A DNA stretch of 30,258 bases from GCF_002087085.1 NZ_MWQY01000006.1:186001-216258, one strand, 5' to 3'; shown: positions 8,864 through 18,264, counted from the stretch's first letter. Notes: generated by a model not told the origin, from the letters alone. Made by a program: numbers and translations.

Positions 8864-9940
8864 TCAAGTGTCGCTGAAGACAATGGAGAATTTCGTTCCC
8901 CTTGACGAATCCACTGCAACCTCCGCGCCAATCTGGGCGGAGAGAATTGAAACAAGCTGCAGGCCCAGGGTCTCCGCCCTGTCCAGGGAAAAACCATCCG
9001 GCAGGCCGCTACCGTCGTCCCCGATACTGAGATCCACGTATTCCCCCCGGCGATGCAGACCGATATGAATATTTCCACCCGGGCGGCCGTTAAAGGCATA
9101 TTTCAAGGCATTGATGATAAGCTCATTGACGATAAGTCCACAGGGGACGGCATGATCGATCTGCAGGAACACCTGCTCCATGGAATAATCAAAAAATACC
9201 GGAACCGCAGGGGCATAGAGTGCCAGAAGTTCATCCCCCAGGGTATGGATGTAATCGGCGAAGTCGACCTGACTGAAGTCATCGGACTGGTACAGTTTTT
9301 CATGTATAAGGGCCATTGTCCGCACCCGGTCCCTGGAGACCTGACACATTTTCCGGGACTCCTGGTTTTCCGTACTCATGGACTGCATACTCAGGAGACT
9401 GGAAATGACCTGCAGATTGTTTTTCACCCGGTGATGGACCTCCCTCAGGAGAACCTCCTTTTCCTGCAGCGATCTTTCCAGAACGCTTCTGTGCTCTTCA
9501 ACCAGACATATATCCCGGTATGAACGGAGAGTGGACACCATGGAAGAGATCAGTTTCTGTTCCGTAAGGTCTGTCTTTTCCCTGTAGTCGTTTATATCGT
9601 AATTCTGTACCACCTGCATCTGAGGTGCATAGCCCGGCTGTCCTGTCCTGAGGATTATCCGTACCAGTTGGTTCCTGAGGGTATTTCGTACATACTCGAC
9701 AATCTTGAGGCCACTGTCCCTCTCATCCATTACGACATCGAGAATCATGACCGCCGTATCGGGATTCTTTTCGATAAGTTCCCGGGTCTCGTCGCCGGTG
9801 TAGGCACTGAGAAGCTCCAGCCGGCGACCCAGAAAAGTAAATCTCCCCAGAGCGAGTCTGCTTACCGTATGGACGTCAGCATCGTCATCGGCAATGATCA
9901 CCTTCCAGGGAGCATCCGAGGCATCATCAAACTCAGACAT
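8864..9940 (-). CDS. Response-regulator receiver fused to a HisKA_2-type histidine kinase
   Basis: Start reassigned to ATG 9940 (MSEFDD...), which overlaps the upstream stop. REC: IIADDD, ILDVVMD, RIILRTGQPG, DINDYREK. Kinase: EVHHRVKNNLQVISSLL, NELIINALKYAF, DDGSG, LGLQLV. Confidence 0.9.
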   Translation of the reverse strand: MSEFDDASDAPWKVIIADDDADVHTVSRLALGRFTFLGRRLELLSAYTGDETRELIEKNPDTAVMILDVVMDERDSGLKIVEYVRNTLRNQLVRIILRTGQPGYAPQMQVVQNYDINDYREKTDLTEQKLISSMVSTLRSYRDICLVEEHRSVLERSLQEKEVLLREVHHRVKNNLQVISSLLSMQSMSTENQESRKMCQVSRDRVRTMALIHEKLYQSDDFSQVDFADYIHTLGDELLALYAPAVPVFFDYSMEQVFLQIDHAVPCGLIVNELIINALKYAFNGRPGGNIHIGLHRRGEYVDLSIGDDGSGLPDGFSLDRAETLGLQLVSILSAQIGAEVAVDSSRGTKFSIVFSDT

Positions 9941-10307
9941 ATTTGCGTACCATGCGAAGCATTTTATCCATGGTATAAGGTTTCTGCAAAAAACCCAGAG
10001 CTCCCTCCCGGAGAGCCGTTTCCAGACGTTCGTCGTTCTGAAAACCGGAAGAAAAAAGAACCCGTACCTTCGCATCACAGGCCTTGAGGCGTCGGAAGAC
10101 ATCCAGGCCGGATTCTTCCGGCATGGAAAGATCCATCAGAACAAGGTCAACCTCCGGAGATTTCCGCTGGTACGTCAGGACAGCCTCTTCGCCGCCTGCA
10201 GCATGGAGGACCGCGTACCCTGCCCTCTCCAGTATGCTTCCGGCGACCTGCCGCATCAGATCCTCATCATCGCAGACGAGAATAACCTTCTGTCCTTCAC
10301 TGTTCAT
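9933..10307 (-). CDS. Single-domain response regulator (REC)
   Basis: ILVCDDE, DLVLMDLSMP, LFSSG, FLQKPY. Confidence 0.92.
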   Translation of the reverse strand: MNSEGQKVILVCDDEDLMRQVAGSILERAGYAVLHAAGGEEAVLTYQRKSPEVDLVLMDLSMPEESGLDVFRRLKACDAKVRVLFSSGFQNDERLETALREGALGFLQKPYTMDKMLRMVRKYV

Positions 10308-10951
10308 ATACTCTCCACATCAGCGGGAAATCCAAGGTCCACCTCTCTCACGCTTGAGCTCAGAAAATCCAGATCCGGACCATACCAGGCCGCCAACTCG
10401 CGGACCAGTCCAATCCCGCACTCGATTCCGAGGATCTTCAGGCGCCACCCGGGCTTTCCCGATGGCCCATTCCCCGGGTAGACGGAAAGCAGAATCTCCC
10501 CCCCATCGGGCTGTCGCCCGGGATGTCCCGTCAGCAGGATACGGAGGATGAGCTTTTCAAAGCGTATACTGTTGCCGCGGATCCGGGCCTCCCCGGGAAC
10601 AGCTTCCATACTGATGGCAGGTCCGGTACCGGAGGCCGCCTGCAGGGAAGCTGCCAGCCTTTCCAGGGATTCAGCCAGGGGGATTATTTCCGATCTGTCC
10701 GTTGGCTGCCTGGTCAGTACAAGAAGCTGCTGGACTATCCCGGACGCACGGAGGGAGGATTTCTCCAGTATATCGAGGTACGAATCATAGGCCGGATTAT
10801 GCAGATCAGGGGAGTCCTCTTTTTCAAATTCGATAAGAGACAGGGCCCCGGTGACCCCTCCCAACACATTGTTGAGATCATGGGCAAGCACAGACAACAG
10901 GGACCCGGAACCGGGGATTCCGTCATTTCTGGTCTCAGATATGGTACTCAT
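10304..10951 (-). CDS. Sensor-less HisKA/DHp protein with a degenerate ATP-binding domain (possible histidine phosphotransferase or pseudokinase)
   Basis: H-box VLAHDLNNVLGGV near the N-terminus; second helix RASGIVQQLL. The N-box region reads FEKLILRILLT (no Asn), the G1 region reads GIECGIG (no Asp) and no G2 box is visible. ATGA overlap with the downstream REC gene. Confidence 0.75.
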   Translation of the reverse strand: MSTISETRNDGIPGSGSLLSVLAHDLNNVLGGVTGALSLIEFEKEDSPDLHNPAYDSYLDILEKSSLRASGIVQQLLVLTRQPTDRSEIIPLAESLERLAASLQAASGTGPAISMEAVPGEARIRGNSIRFEKLILRILLTGHPGRQPDGGEILLSVYPGNGPSGKPGWRLKILGIECGIGLVRELAAWYGPDLDFLSSSVREVDLGFPADVESI

Positions 10952-10959
10952 TTTCTTTA

Positions 10960-10988
10960 ACCATAGCCGCGGCGCCGGGACCTGTCAA
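10960..10988 (-). promoter_or_regulatory. Sigma70 promoter, leaderless-type, for the three-gene phosphorelay cluster
   Basis: Perfect TTGACA(10988-10983)-17 bp-TATGGT(10965-10960), 8 nt before ATG 10951; no SD. Confidence 0.65.
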
Positions 10989-11005
10989 CTTTTCTGAAAA
11001 AAAGA

Positions 11006-12022
11006 CTATAGGCTGAACTCTTCGTCCGTAAGCTTGAAGATGCTCTCCATTCCTGAAGACGAAAACAGCTTCTTCTCTTCCGTAACCAGAAGCGCTTCAA
11101 TACCCTCCATGGACTCCACGAGTTCAAGTCCCTTCTCCACACCAAGAACAAAGACCAGGGTGGACAGGGCATCGGCGTCCATGGAATTCTCTGCCACAAT
11201 GGTAACCGAGCTTAAACCGTTTTCCACCGGAAAACCTGTTTCCGGATCCAGAATGTGGTGGTATCTCTTGCCATCCAGGGTAAAGAACCGTTCATAGGGT
11301 CCCGAGGTAACAACCGCCCGGTCTGCCACGGTCAGCACACCCAGATAACTTCCCCGATTTGATTCAGGATTCTGAACACCAATACGCCACAGGGAGCCGT
11401 CGGGCTTTTTCCCGTGGGCATAGACATTGCCGCCCAGATTAATCAGTGCATGCTTTACCCCGGAATCCTCCAGGATCCGGACAATCTCGTCCGCGGCATA
11501 TCCTTTGGCTATCCCCCCCAGGTCGATGGCCATTCCCGGATTTTCCAGGGCGACGCTCTCTCCTTCAATACGGACCCGCCTGTAATTAATACGCGAGACG
11601 GCATCCCGGATCTCTTCGGCGGAAGGAACACGCCCCGGATTCTCTTTTCCTATTCCCCAGAGCTCCACAAGGGGCCCGATGGTAATATCGAAACGTCCTC
11701 CCCCGAGCTGAGAAAAATGGAGCCCCCGTTCAACAACCTCCAGGGTGGAAGAGCTTACGGACGCTCCTCCGTCCCCGGCCTTCCGGTTGATCGCGGCTAC
11801 CTCACTCTCTTCGCCGGTATAGGACATCAGACGGTCAATCTCTCGAATGCGGGCAAAGCTTTCTTCCAGTACCGGGGAGGGTTTTCGTGCATATACCGTT
11901 ACGGTACAGGTGGTCCCCAGCAGATCGATCTCGGTCCGGGTGGACTGTTCAAGGCCGCAGGAGGCGAGTATCAGAAAAACTATTCCGGGGATCAGAATTT
12001 TGACAGATGAAACTCGTGACAT
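11006..12022 (-). CDS. apbE: FAD:protein FMN transferase lipoprotein (ApbE/Ftp)
   Basis: Lipobox ILAS-C; FDITIGPL, DLGGIAKGYAAD, NLGGN, TSGPYER, YHHILDP.TG.P, ADALST. Confidence 0.93.
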   Translation of the reverse strand: MSRVSSVKILIPGIVFLILASCGLEQSTRTEIDLLGTTCTVTVYARKPSPVLEESFARIREIDRLMSYTGEESEVAAINRKAGDGGASVSSSTLEVVERGLHFSQLGGGRFDITIGPLVELWGIGKENPGRVPSAEEIRDAVSRINYRRVRIEGESVALENPGMAIDLGGIAKGYAADEIVRILEDSGVKHALINLGGNVYAHGKKPDGSLWRIGVQNPESNRGSYLGVLTVADRAVVTSGPYERFFTLDGKRYHHILDPETGFPVENGLSSVTIVAENSMDADALSTLVFVLGVEKGLELVESMEGIEALLVTEEKKLFSSSGMESIFKLTDEEFSL

Positions 12023-12026
12023 AATA

Positions 12027-14726
12027 TCAGCTGGTGCTCCGTTTCGTGGTATTCTTCTTTTTTGATGTCTTTCCGGGAGAGCCGGAGGCGGATTTCTTTT
12101 CCTCCTGCTGCCATCGGCCGTCGGTGAAATAGGCCCGCCAGCCGCTGGCCTTTCCGTCCTTTTCGCTCATAAGGTAATGAATCTTTTCCTTACGGCTGAA
12201 ACGGATAATTGCCTTGTTCCCCTGGGGATCCTCCGTGGGAGCATCGGCAAAATAACAATATTTCGGATCGATCTCATCCATATGCGACAGGATCTCCTCT
12301 ACCAGAGGTGCCCGTGTTTCACGGTTCTTCGGGAATTTGCTCGCCGCAAGGAAAAGTCCCGCAGCCCCGTCCCGGAGAAGGTAGTGATCATCCACCTTTT
12401 CGCACTTGAGTTCCGGCATGGGAACCGGATCCATCTTGGGTGGTGCCGGCTCTCCGTTGCGCAGAAGCTTGCGGGTATTGCTGCACTCCTCGTTGGTACA
12501 GGCAAAGAATTTGCCGAAGCGTCCGGTTTTCAACTGCATCTCCGCCCCGCACTTATCGCACTCCAGGGTAGGCCCGTCGTAACCCTTGATCTTGAACCTG
12601 CCCTCCTCGACCTCGAAACCGGGACAGTCAGGATTATTACCGCAGATATGAAGCTTACGCCCCTCGTCGATCAGATAGGAATCCATGGCCGTGGCGCAGA
12701 GAGGACAGCGGTGCCTCTGAGTCAGGAGCCGGGCCTCCTCTTCATCGTCGGTATCCGCACGGACCACCTCATCCCCGGGGATAAGGTTCATGGTCTGCTT
12801 GCAGCGTTCCCTGGGGGGCAGGTTGTAGCCGGAGCAGCCGAGAAAAACCCCGGTGCTTCCTGTGCGTATCTGCATGTGTCGTCCGCAGGCGGGACAGGGA
12901 ATATCCGTATCTGTAGGGGTATTGGGACGCATACCGTTCTTTTCTGAATAGGCCTCCGTGAGTTTATCGCTGAATCCGGCATAGAAGCTGTCCAGAACGG
13001 CCCGCCAGTTTCTGTGCCCCGCGGCGATCTCGTCCAGGGTCTCCTCCATGGCGGCGGTAAAATTATAATCCAGAAGATCGTTGAAATTCTCCACAAGACG
13101 ATCGGTAACGATATCCCCGATTTTCTGGGCATAGAACCTGCGGTTCTCGAGTTTTACATATCCCCTGTCCTGGATCGTGGAAATAATCGCCGCGTAGGTG
13201 GAAGGACGGCCGATACCCCGTTTTTCAAGCTCCTTGACCAGGCTTGCCTCGGTATAGCGGGGTGCCGGTTTGGTAAAGTGCTGAGACGGGTCCAGTTTTT
13301 TCAGATTCAGTTGCTCCCCTTCCTTGAGGTCGGGCAGCACTATATCCTCATCGCTCTTGCCCTGGGGCGGCAGAACCTTCAGGTGACCGTCGAAGATGAT
13401 TACCCGTCCCCTGGTCCTGAGTTCAAATTCCCCGGCTTTTACCGTGATCGAGGAACTCAAGTATTCTGCCGGGGGCATCTGGCTGGCGACAAAGCGCTGC
13501 CAGATCAACTCGTAGAGCCGCACCCCGTCGGAATCGATTCCCGTCAGATGTCCCGTCCGGATTCTTACATCCGAAGGACGGATTGCCTCATGGGCCTCCT
13601 GGGCCTGTTCTCCCGAGGCATAGATATTCGGCTGTTCCGGCAGATACTCACTTCCGTACTTCTCTTCGATATACCCACGACACATGTTCAGTGCCTCGGT
13701 ACTCAAAGCGGTGGAGTCGGTACGCATGTAGGTAATGTACCCCGCCTCGTAGAGCCGCTGGGCCAGCATCATGGTCTTTTTTACGGAGAAACCGAGGCGT
13801 GTGCTGGCCGCCTGCTGAAGGGTGGAGGTAATAAAAGGCGGTTTCGGCCGGCTTTTGGTGGGCTTGTCCTGGCGGGAGTCGACAACGTACTCCGCCTTCT
13901 CAAGGAGCTTCAGGGCCTCATCGGTCTCCTCCCTGCTGCCCGGACGAAAATTCTTCCCGTCCCGCCGGGCTACCTGGAACCTGGCCTCCTCCCGGGAAGA
14001 ATCCCGGAGAAGGTCGGCAAAGACCTCCCAGTACTCTTCGGGAACAAAGGAGCGGATCTCCCGTTCCCGCTCCACAACCAGACGAACCGCCACCGACTGT
14101 ACCCGGCCGGCGGAGAGTCCCCGTGCAACCTTGGCCCATAAAAGCGGGGAGATCATAAATCCCACAACCCGGTCCAGAAAGCGACGGGTCTGCTGGGCCT
14201 CGACCCTGGAGCTGTCCACAACTCCGGGGTTCTTAAAGGCTTCTGTAATGGCGCTCTTGGTTATTTCGTTAAAAACCACCCGTTTGAAGCGCTGTTCATC
14301 GATCTCAAGAGCCTCCATCAGGTGCCAGGCGATGGCTTCCCCTTCGCGGTCAAGGTCGGTGGCAAGGTAGATGGTGTCGGACTTTTCCGCCTGGGCTTTC
14401 AGTTCCTTCAGGACCTTCTCTTTACCGGGAAGAATCTCGTAACGGGCGGCCCAGCCGTTTTCCGGATCAACCCCCATACGGGCAATGGACTGTTCCCTGG
14501 CCCGCTGTCTGCGGTATTCGTCCTTTTCCTCGGGAGACATCTTCCGGGTCCGGGCAGCAAGCCGGGCCCTTTCGCTGGGATCCATGGTTTTTCCGCCGTT
14601 TTTTCCCGATACGGGAAGGTCACGGATATGACCCACGCTGGATTTGACCACAAAGTCTTTACCGAGATATTTATTAATTGTCTTAGCCTTGGCAGGAGAT
14701 TCTACAATCACCAATGATTTTGCCAT
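12027..14726 (-). CDS. topA: DNA topoisomerase I (type IA)
   Basis: Toprim [11 protein letters not shown] and [21 protein letters not shown]; catalytic [26 protein letters not shown]; three C4 zinc ribbons plus two E. coli-like non-Zn ribbons. Confidence 0.97.
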   Translation of the reverse strand: MAKSLVIVESPAKAKTINKYLGKDFVVKSSVGHIRDLPVSGKNGGKTMDPSERARLAARTRKMSPEEKDEYRRQRAREQSIARMGVDPENGWAARYEILPGKEKVLKELKAQAEKSDTIYLATDLDREGEAIAWHLMEALEIDEQRFKRVVFNEITKSAITEAFKNPGVVDSSRVEAQQTRRFLDRVVGFMISPLLWAKVARGLSAGRVQSVAVRLVVEREREIRSFVPEEYWEVFADLLRDSSREEARFQVARRDGKNFRPGSREETDEALKLLEKAEYVVDSRQDKPTKSRPKPPFITSTLQQAASTRLGFSVKKTMMLAQRLYEAGYITYMRTDSTALSTEALNMCRGYIEEKYGSEYLPEQPNIYASGEQAQEAHEAIRPSDVRIRTGHLTGIDSDGVRLYELIWQRFVASQMPPAEYLSSSITVKAGEFELRTRGRVIIFDGHLKVLPPQGKSDEDIVLPDLKEGEQLNLKKLDPSQHFTKPAPRYTEASLVKELEKRGIGRPSTYAAIISTIQDRGYVKLENRRFYAQKIGDIVTDRLVENFNDLLDYNFTAAMEETLDEIAAGHRNWRAVLDSFYAGFSDKLTEAYSEKNGMRPNTPTDTDIPCPACGRHMQIRTGSTGVFLGCSGYNLPPRERCKQTMNLIPGDEVVRADTDDEEEARLLTQRHRCPLCATAMDSYLIDEGRKLHICGNNPDCPGFEVEEGRFKIKGYDGPTLECDKCGAEMQLKTGRFGKFFACTNEECSNTRKLLRNGEPAPPKMDPVPMPELKCEKVDDHYLLRDGAAGLFLAASKFPKNRETRAPLVEEILSHMDEIDPKYCYFADAPTEDPQGNKAIIRFSRKEKIHYLMSEKDGKASGWRAYFTDGRWQQEEKKSASGSPGKTSKKKNTTKRSTS

Positions 14727-14782
14727 ATATGGATAACCGTTTTCCTTTCTGGATGCTCGAGGGGACTCCCTGAAAATAACGG

Positions 14783-14817
14783 TTCCTATGATCGTAGGAA
14801 TTTTCTCAGTATGTCAA
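14783..14817 (-). promoter_or_regulatory. Putative topA promoter with an overlapping 18-bp palindrome
   Basis: Minus strand TTGACA (14817-14812). The -10 region lies inside TTCCTATGATCGTAGGAA (14783-14800), a palindrome with 8 of 9 pairs matched. Confidence 0.45.
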
Positions 14818-14857
14818 GGGTAACTGAAGCAGGCGGCCGATTCAGCAATATGCGGCT

Positions 14858-16384
14858 TTACCTGGTCAGATTCCGGGACACCTTGGGCCGTTTTCGGGGA
14901 AAGGGATTAATCTTGTCAAACTGTCCGTCCGTACCGTAGTACTTTCCTCCCGGCCGGAGGATTCTGACTTCAAAGTGCAGATGAGGTCCGGTGGAAGCTC
15001 CGGTGGATCCGATTTCTCCCAGTTTCTGATTGACTGATACCTTTACGCCCGCTCCAAGGGGCGATTTCTCGGCAAGATGGGAATAGAAGGTGCGCCAGGT
15101 GGTCGCCCTGGGATAGGCCTTGCGTATATCATCGGTGAGTTCGTGTTCAATTTCCAGAGTCCAGCCATAGCGTTCATCGAAGCTGTTCTGGGTAACAGTC
15201 CCGTCGGCCACGGAGACCACGTCCCCTGCGGGATTACCGTCCCGGATAATTTCACCGGCATAGTTGATAAGACTGATATTTGCCACGTTCATGATATCCA
15301 CCGCGTAATGGGGCTGATAGCCCCCGGAACCCAGAGGATCAATCCGTTTATCCATGAAACCCGAGGTCATACGAAAACCTTTACCGTCGTTGGGCCTTCC
15401 GGGGACGCGAACGGGATAGACCATATCGGCGAAAGCCGGTTCGTAGAGGGAGAAGGGGATAATCTTTTCTTCGCTGGTCGCAAGAAGAATTCGCGCCTGG
15501 TATTCCTCGCTGGGAAGCTTGGACATCTCGTAGATAATCTCTCCGTAGCTGGCGGCCTCAAGGATATTCGCCGCAATCAGGCGGTAGGCCTCCTTGCGTG
15601 CCGGAAGACGATAGGTCAGCTCTTCCGCAAGACGCAGAACATTTATGTAGGCCTGTCTGCGGCTGAACTCAAAGTCCCGTTCCTTGTTGGCCAGGGTATC
15701 CTTGAGCACCTGAAGGTCCAGATCGGCATTGGAGATAAAGGACTGGATGTTCTCGAACTGCTCCTCCGATTCCATCTGATAACGGGTAATGGTATCGTCT
15801 ATCTCCTGTTTTACCTTGGAGAGGGAGGTCAGCCGTACGGAAGAGAAAAAGGTAACCCCAAGAAGCAGAACAATCCCCGCGGCAAAAGCCGCATGGCTGA
15901 GGATACGGGTACGATGGGATCGGCTCAATGACCGCAGGATCGACTCATTCCCCTCGAGATCCACAATCAGGTCCTTGCCGGAGGCCTGCAGCTCCTCAGA
16001 ATAGTAGAAGCCTGAAGGAGTTATCCCTTTATAGAGGACATCCAGTTTTTCATCCAGGTCCTTCAGTTCCGGAAGCAGGTCCTGCAGAAAAATCTGCCTG
16101 CCGTTCCGCTCCACATTGACGGTTTCCCAGACCGCGTGGTGATGAAAAGTCCAGCTTCTGAACAGCCGCCCCACCCCGTCCAGATTCTTCACCATCTCCT
16201 GAAACAGGAGAGAATCCCGGTCCAGAAGAGAGACCACCACAAAATAGCTGCCTCTGCCCCCCTTCCCCAGACGGCAGGGAACCGAAGGTGATGTATATGA
16301 GGAGCCATAGCCCAGACGACGCATCGAGAAATCGATAACCCGCTGAACCAGAGCATCCCTGGTTGCCTGTTTGTCCTTCTTCAT
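14858..16384 (-). CDS. Membrane-anchored M23 family metallopeptidase (unknown N-terminal domain, TM, coiled coil, M23)
   Basis: TM AAFAAGIVLLLGVTFF; heptad-rich stalk; zinc motifs HYAVD (HxxxD), FYSHL and GSTGASTGPHLHFEV (HxH). Confidence 0.88.
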   Translation of the reverse strand: MKKDKQATRDALVQRVIDFSMRRLGYGSSYTSPSVPCRLGKGGRGSYFVVVSLLDRDSLLFQEMVKNLDGVGRLFRSWTFHHHAVWETVNVERNGRQIFLQDLLPELKDLDEKLDVLYKGITPSGFYYSEELQASGKDLIVDLEGNESILRSLSRSHRTRILSHAAFAAGIVLLLGVTFFSSVRLTSLSKVKQEIDDTITRYQMESEEQFENIQSFISNADLDLQVLKDTLANKERDFEFSRRQAYINVLRLAEELTYRLPARKEAYRLIAANILEAASYGEIIYEMSKLPSEEYQARILLATSEEKIIPFSLYEPAFADMVYPVRVPGRPNDGKGFRMTSGFMDKRIDPLGSGGYQPHYAVDIMNVANISLINYAGEIIRDGNPAGDVVSVADGTVTQNSFDERYGWTLEIEHELTDDIRKAYPRATTWRTFYSHLAEKSPLGAGVKVSVNQKLGEIGSTGASTGPHLHFEVRILRPGGKYYGTDGQFDKINPFPRKRPKVSRNLTR

Positions 16385-16488
16385 ACTACATACCCCATCC
16401 CATTGGGCATCCCTTCATTGTATACAGAGCTCCGGTCGTCATTGCTGGTTGTTTAGTTACACAAGTGGGCTGCTGTTGCTCGGTCTAA

Positions 16489-16517
16489 ATAGTAAGAAAA
16501 TAGTGCAAGAGTTTCAA
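16489..16517 (-). promoter_or_regulatory. Putative sigma70 promoter for the M23 gene
   Basis: TTGAAA(16517-16512)-17 bp-TACTAT(16494-16489); implies a leader of about 100 nt. Confidence 0.5.
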
Positions 16518-16589
16518 GAGTTGAACAGGACATCCGGTAAATTCATCCATTTATTCCAAAATAGTCATTCAGCACCCCAAAAGGCCCTC

Positions 16590-16648
16590 TTGCATTTGCA
16601 AAAACTACACGGTAGCTTGAATGGTACATAGAACAACCATCCAAGGAG
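16590..16648 (+). promoter_or_regulatory. Putative promoter and RBS for the cupin gene
   Basis: TTGCAT(16590-16595)-17 bp-TAGCTT(16613-16618); AGGAG at 16644-16648 before ATG 16656. Confidence 0.5.
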
Positions 16649-16655
16649 AACAGGC

Positions 16656-17000
16656 ATGATTATCAAAGAGCAGGAGATGAAAAAGGACACCCAGCAGAAT
16701 ATGCGGGGAGGAAAAGGCAGCATCGAACTCAAGTTTCTCGTAGCCCCGGAAAAGATGCCCCATGGACGCATGATTGCACAGATCACCATTCCCGTGGGCG
16801 CAAGCATCGGGGAACACGAACACGTAAACGAAACAGAGTACTACATCATCACTGAAGGCGAAGGGACCGTCCGGGACAACGGCACAGATTATCCCGTCAA
16901 AGCCGGAGAGGTGGTGATGACCCCCAACGGATCCACCCACAGCATAGAGAATACCGGATCGGCGACCCTGAAAATGATCGCCGTAATTATCCTCGACTGA
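16656..17000 (+). CDS. Cupin domain protein
   Basis: GASIGEHEHVNETEYYII.EGEG and G..HSIENTG cupin metal-binding motifs; strong SD. Confidence 0.9.
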   Translation: MIIKEQEMKKDTQQNMRGGKGSIELKFLVAPEKMPHGRMIAQITIPVGASIGEHEHVNETEYYIITEGEGTVRDNGTDYPVKAGEVVMTPNGSTHSIENTGSATLKMIAVIILD

Positions 17001-18159
17001 GAGCTTCTTTTATCCTCCCGAGACCTTCTTCCAGGAGGGTCCGGGGGGCTGCAAAATTCAGACGCATAAACCCTGAACCGCCGGTACCGAAACTCGCACC
17101 GGAATTGAGTCCCACTCTGGCCTCCCGGGCAAAAAAACGCGCCAGTTCGGAATCGTCCATCTCCATCTCACGGCAATCCAGCCATGAAAGGAAGCCGGCC
17201 TCCGGAAGGTTGGCCCGGATACCCGGACACCCGGCGGCAAGGAAATCCGCCGTCAGGCGCCGGTTTGCATCAAGGTACTCAACAAGTTCTGCCAGCCACT
17301 CGTCGCAGTCAGTGAAGGCCGCCCGTAAAGCGCACAGGCCGAAAAGATTGGGATGCCCCGTAATAGATCCGAGGGACTTCGTAAAAGTTCTCCGAAGAGC
17401 CGGATCCTCGATAATGGTAACGGAGGTAGCGAGCCCCGCCACATTGAAGGTCTTGGAAGCGGCAATGCAGCTTATGGTTCTTTGCCGGGCTTCCTCGCTC
17501 AGGCTGGCAAGGGGAGTATGCTGGTTTTCCGGGTAGACGATCTCCCCGTGGATCTCATCGGATACAAGGGTCAGCTCGTATCGGGAGGCTATCTGAACAA
17601 GAGACTCCAACTCCTCCCGGGTCCAGACACGGCCCACCGGATTATGGGGACTGCATAAAAGAAGCATCTTCGCATCCCGGGCCTTATTTTCAAGATCTTC
17701 ATAATCGATCTCCCAGCGACCATCTTCAGTACAGCGGAGAGGGCTCTCGACCACCCGTCGCCCCTCTTCCCGAACGAGAGAGAAGAAGGGTGGATATACC
17801 GGCGGCATAACCAGGACCCCATCTCCAGGTTCCGTGCAGGCCCGTACAGCAACAGTTACGGCGGGAACAACCCCGGGGGTAAAGATTACATCATTTTCGA
17901 CCAGGGGCCAGTTGTACAAACGCCGCATCCGACTCAAAACCGCATTGACGGTGGCATCATCGGCCCCGGTATAACCGTACACCGGGTGCTCCACCCGTTC
18001 GGTCAAGGCGCGGATAACCGGTCCCGGGGCGGGAAAATCCATGTCCGCGACCCACATGGGAAGAACATCACTGCTGCCGTAGAGCTTTTCAGTAAGCTCC
18101 CATTTAATCGATCCGCTTCCCCGGCGGTCGATAATCTCGTCAAAGAGGGATTTTTTCAT
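16987..18159 (-). CDS. PLP-dependent MalY/PatB family C-S lyase (cystathionine beta-lyase-like)
   Basis: Start reassigned to ATG 18159 (MKKSLFDEIIDRRGSGSIKW); LPMWVADMDF, CSPHNPVGRVW, SDEIH, SKTFN (PLP lysine), FMRLNFA. Confidence 0.92.
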   Translation of the reverse strand: MKKSLFDEIIDRRGSGSIKWELTEKLYGSSDVLPMWVADMDFPAPGPVIRALTERVEHPVYGYTGADDATVNAVLSRMRRLYNWPLVENDVIFTPGVVPAVTVAVRACTEPGDGVLVMPPVYPPFFSLVREEGRRVVESPLRCTEDGRWEIDYEDLENKARDAKMLLLCSPHNPVGRVWTREELESLVQIASRYELTLVSDEIHGEIVYPENQHTPLASLSEEARQRTISCIAASKTFNVAGLATSVTIIEDPALRRTFTKSLGSITGHPNLFGLCALRAAFTDCDEWLAELVEYLDANRRLTADFLAAGCPGIRANLPEAGFLSWLDCREMEMDDSELARFFAREARVGLNSGASFGTGGSGFMRLNFAAPRTLLEEGLGRIKEALSRG

Positions 18160-18165
18160 AGGCCC

Positions 18166-18194
18166 ATAGTAGCGATGAAAACCCGCAGGGTAAA
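18166..18194 (-). promoter_or_regulatory. Putative promoter, leaderless-type, for the MalY/PatB gene
   Basis: TTTACC(18194-18189)-17 bp-TACTAT(18171-18166), 6 nt before ATG 18159; no SD. Confidence 0.55.
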
Positions 18195-18219
18195 GCTCGC
18201 GAGGATCATTTTCCATCTC

Positions 18220-18264
18220 TTCACCAAAAGGAGAGTTCCCGGTATACTGGCAGGGAACTGGAGG
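18220..18264 (+). promoter_or_regulatory. Putative promoter and RBS for the hypothetical gene at 18269
   Basis: TTCACC(18220-18225)-17 bp-TATACT(18243-18248); GGAGG at 18260-18264. Confidence 0.5.

Noticed and set aside
9941..10102. 54-aa N-terminal extension of the REC-kinase ORF
   Set aside because: Overlaps the upstream REC gene in another frame; ATG 9940 gives normal translational coupling.
12177..14717. Long plus-strand ORFs (256, 375, 182 and 131 aa) opposite topA
   Set aside because: Antisense shadows of a clearly conserved gene.
14821..14857. GCTGAATC-containing weak hairpin as a c-di-AMP (ydaO) riboswitch or terminator
   Set aside because: Only a 5-bp stem, no U-tract and none of the remaining riboswitch consensus; it lies downstream of the M23 gene.
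16371..16631. 86-aa ORF in the M23/cupin intergenic region
   Set aside because: TTG start, no RBS, unnatural composition and overlaps both predicted promoters.
18160..18216. N-terminal extensions of MalY (also GT2 21319-21375 and lipoprotein 21351-21401)
   Set aside because: They run through predicted promoters; family homology or the signal peptide begins at the downstream starts.
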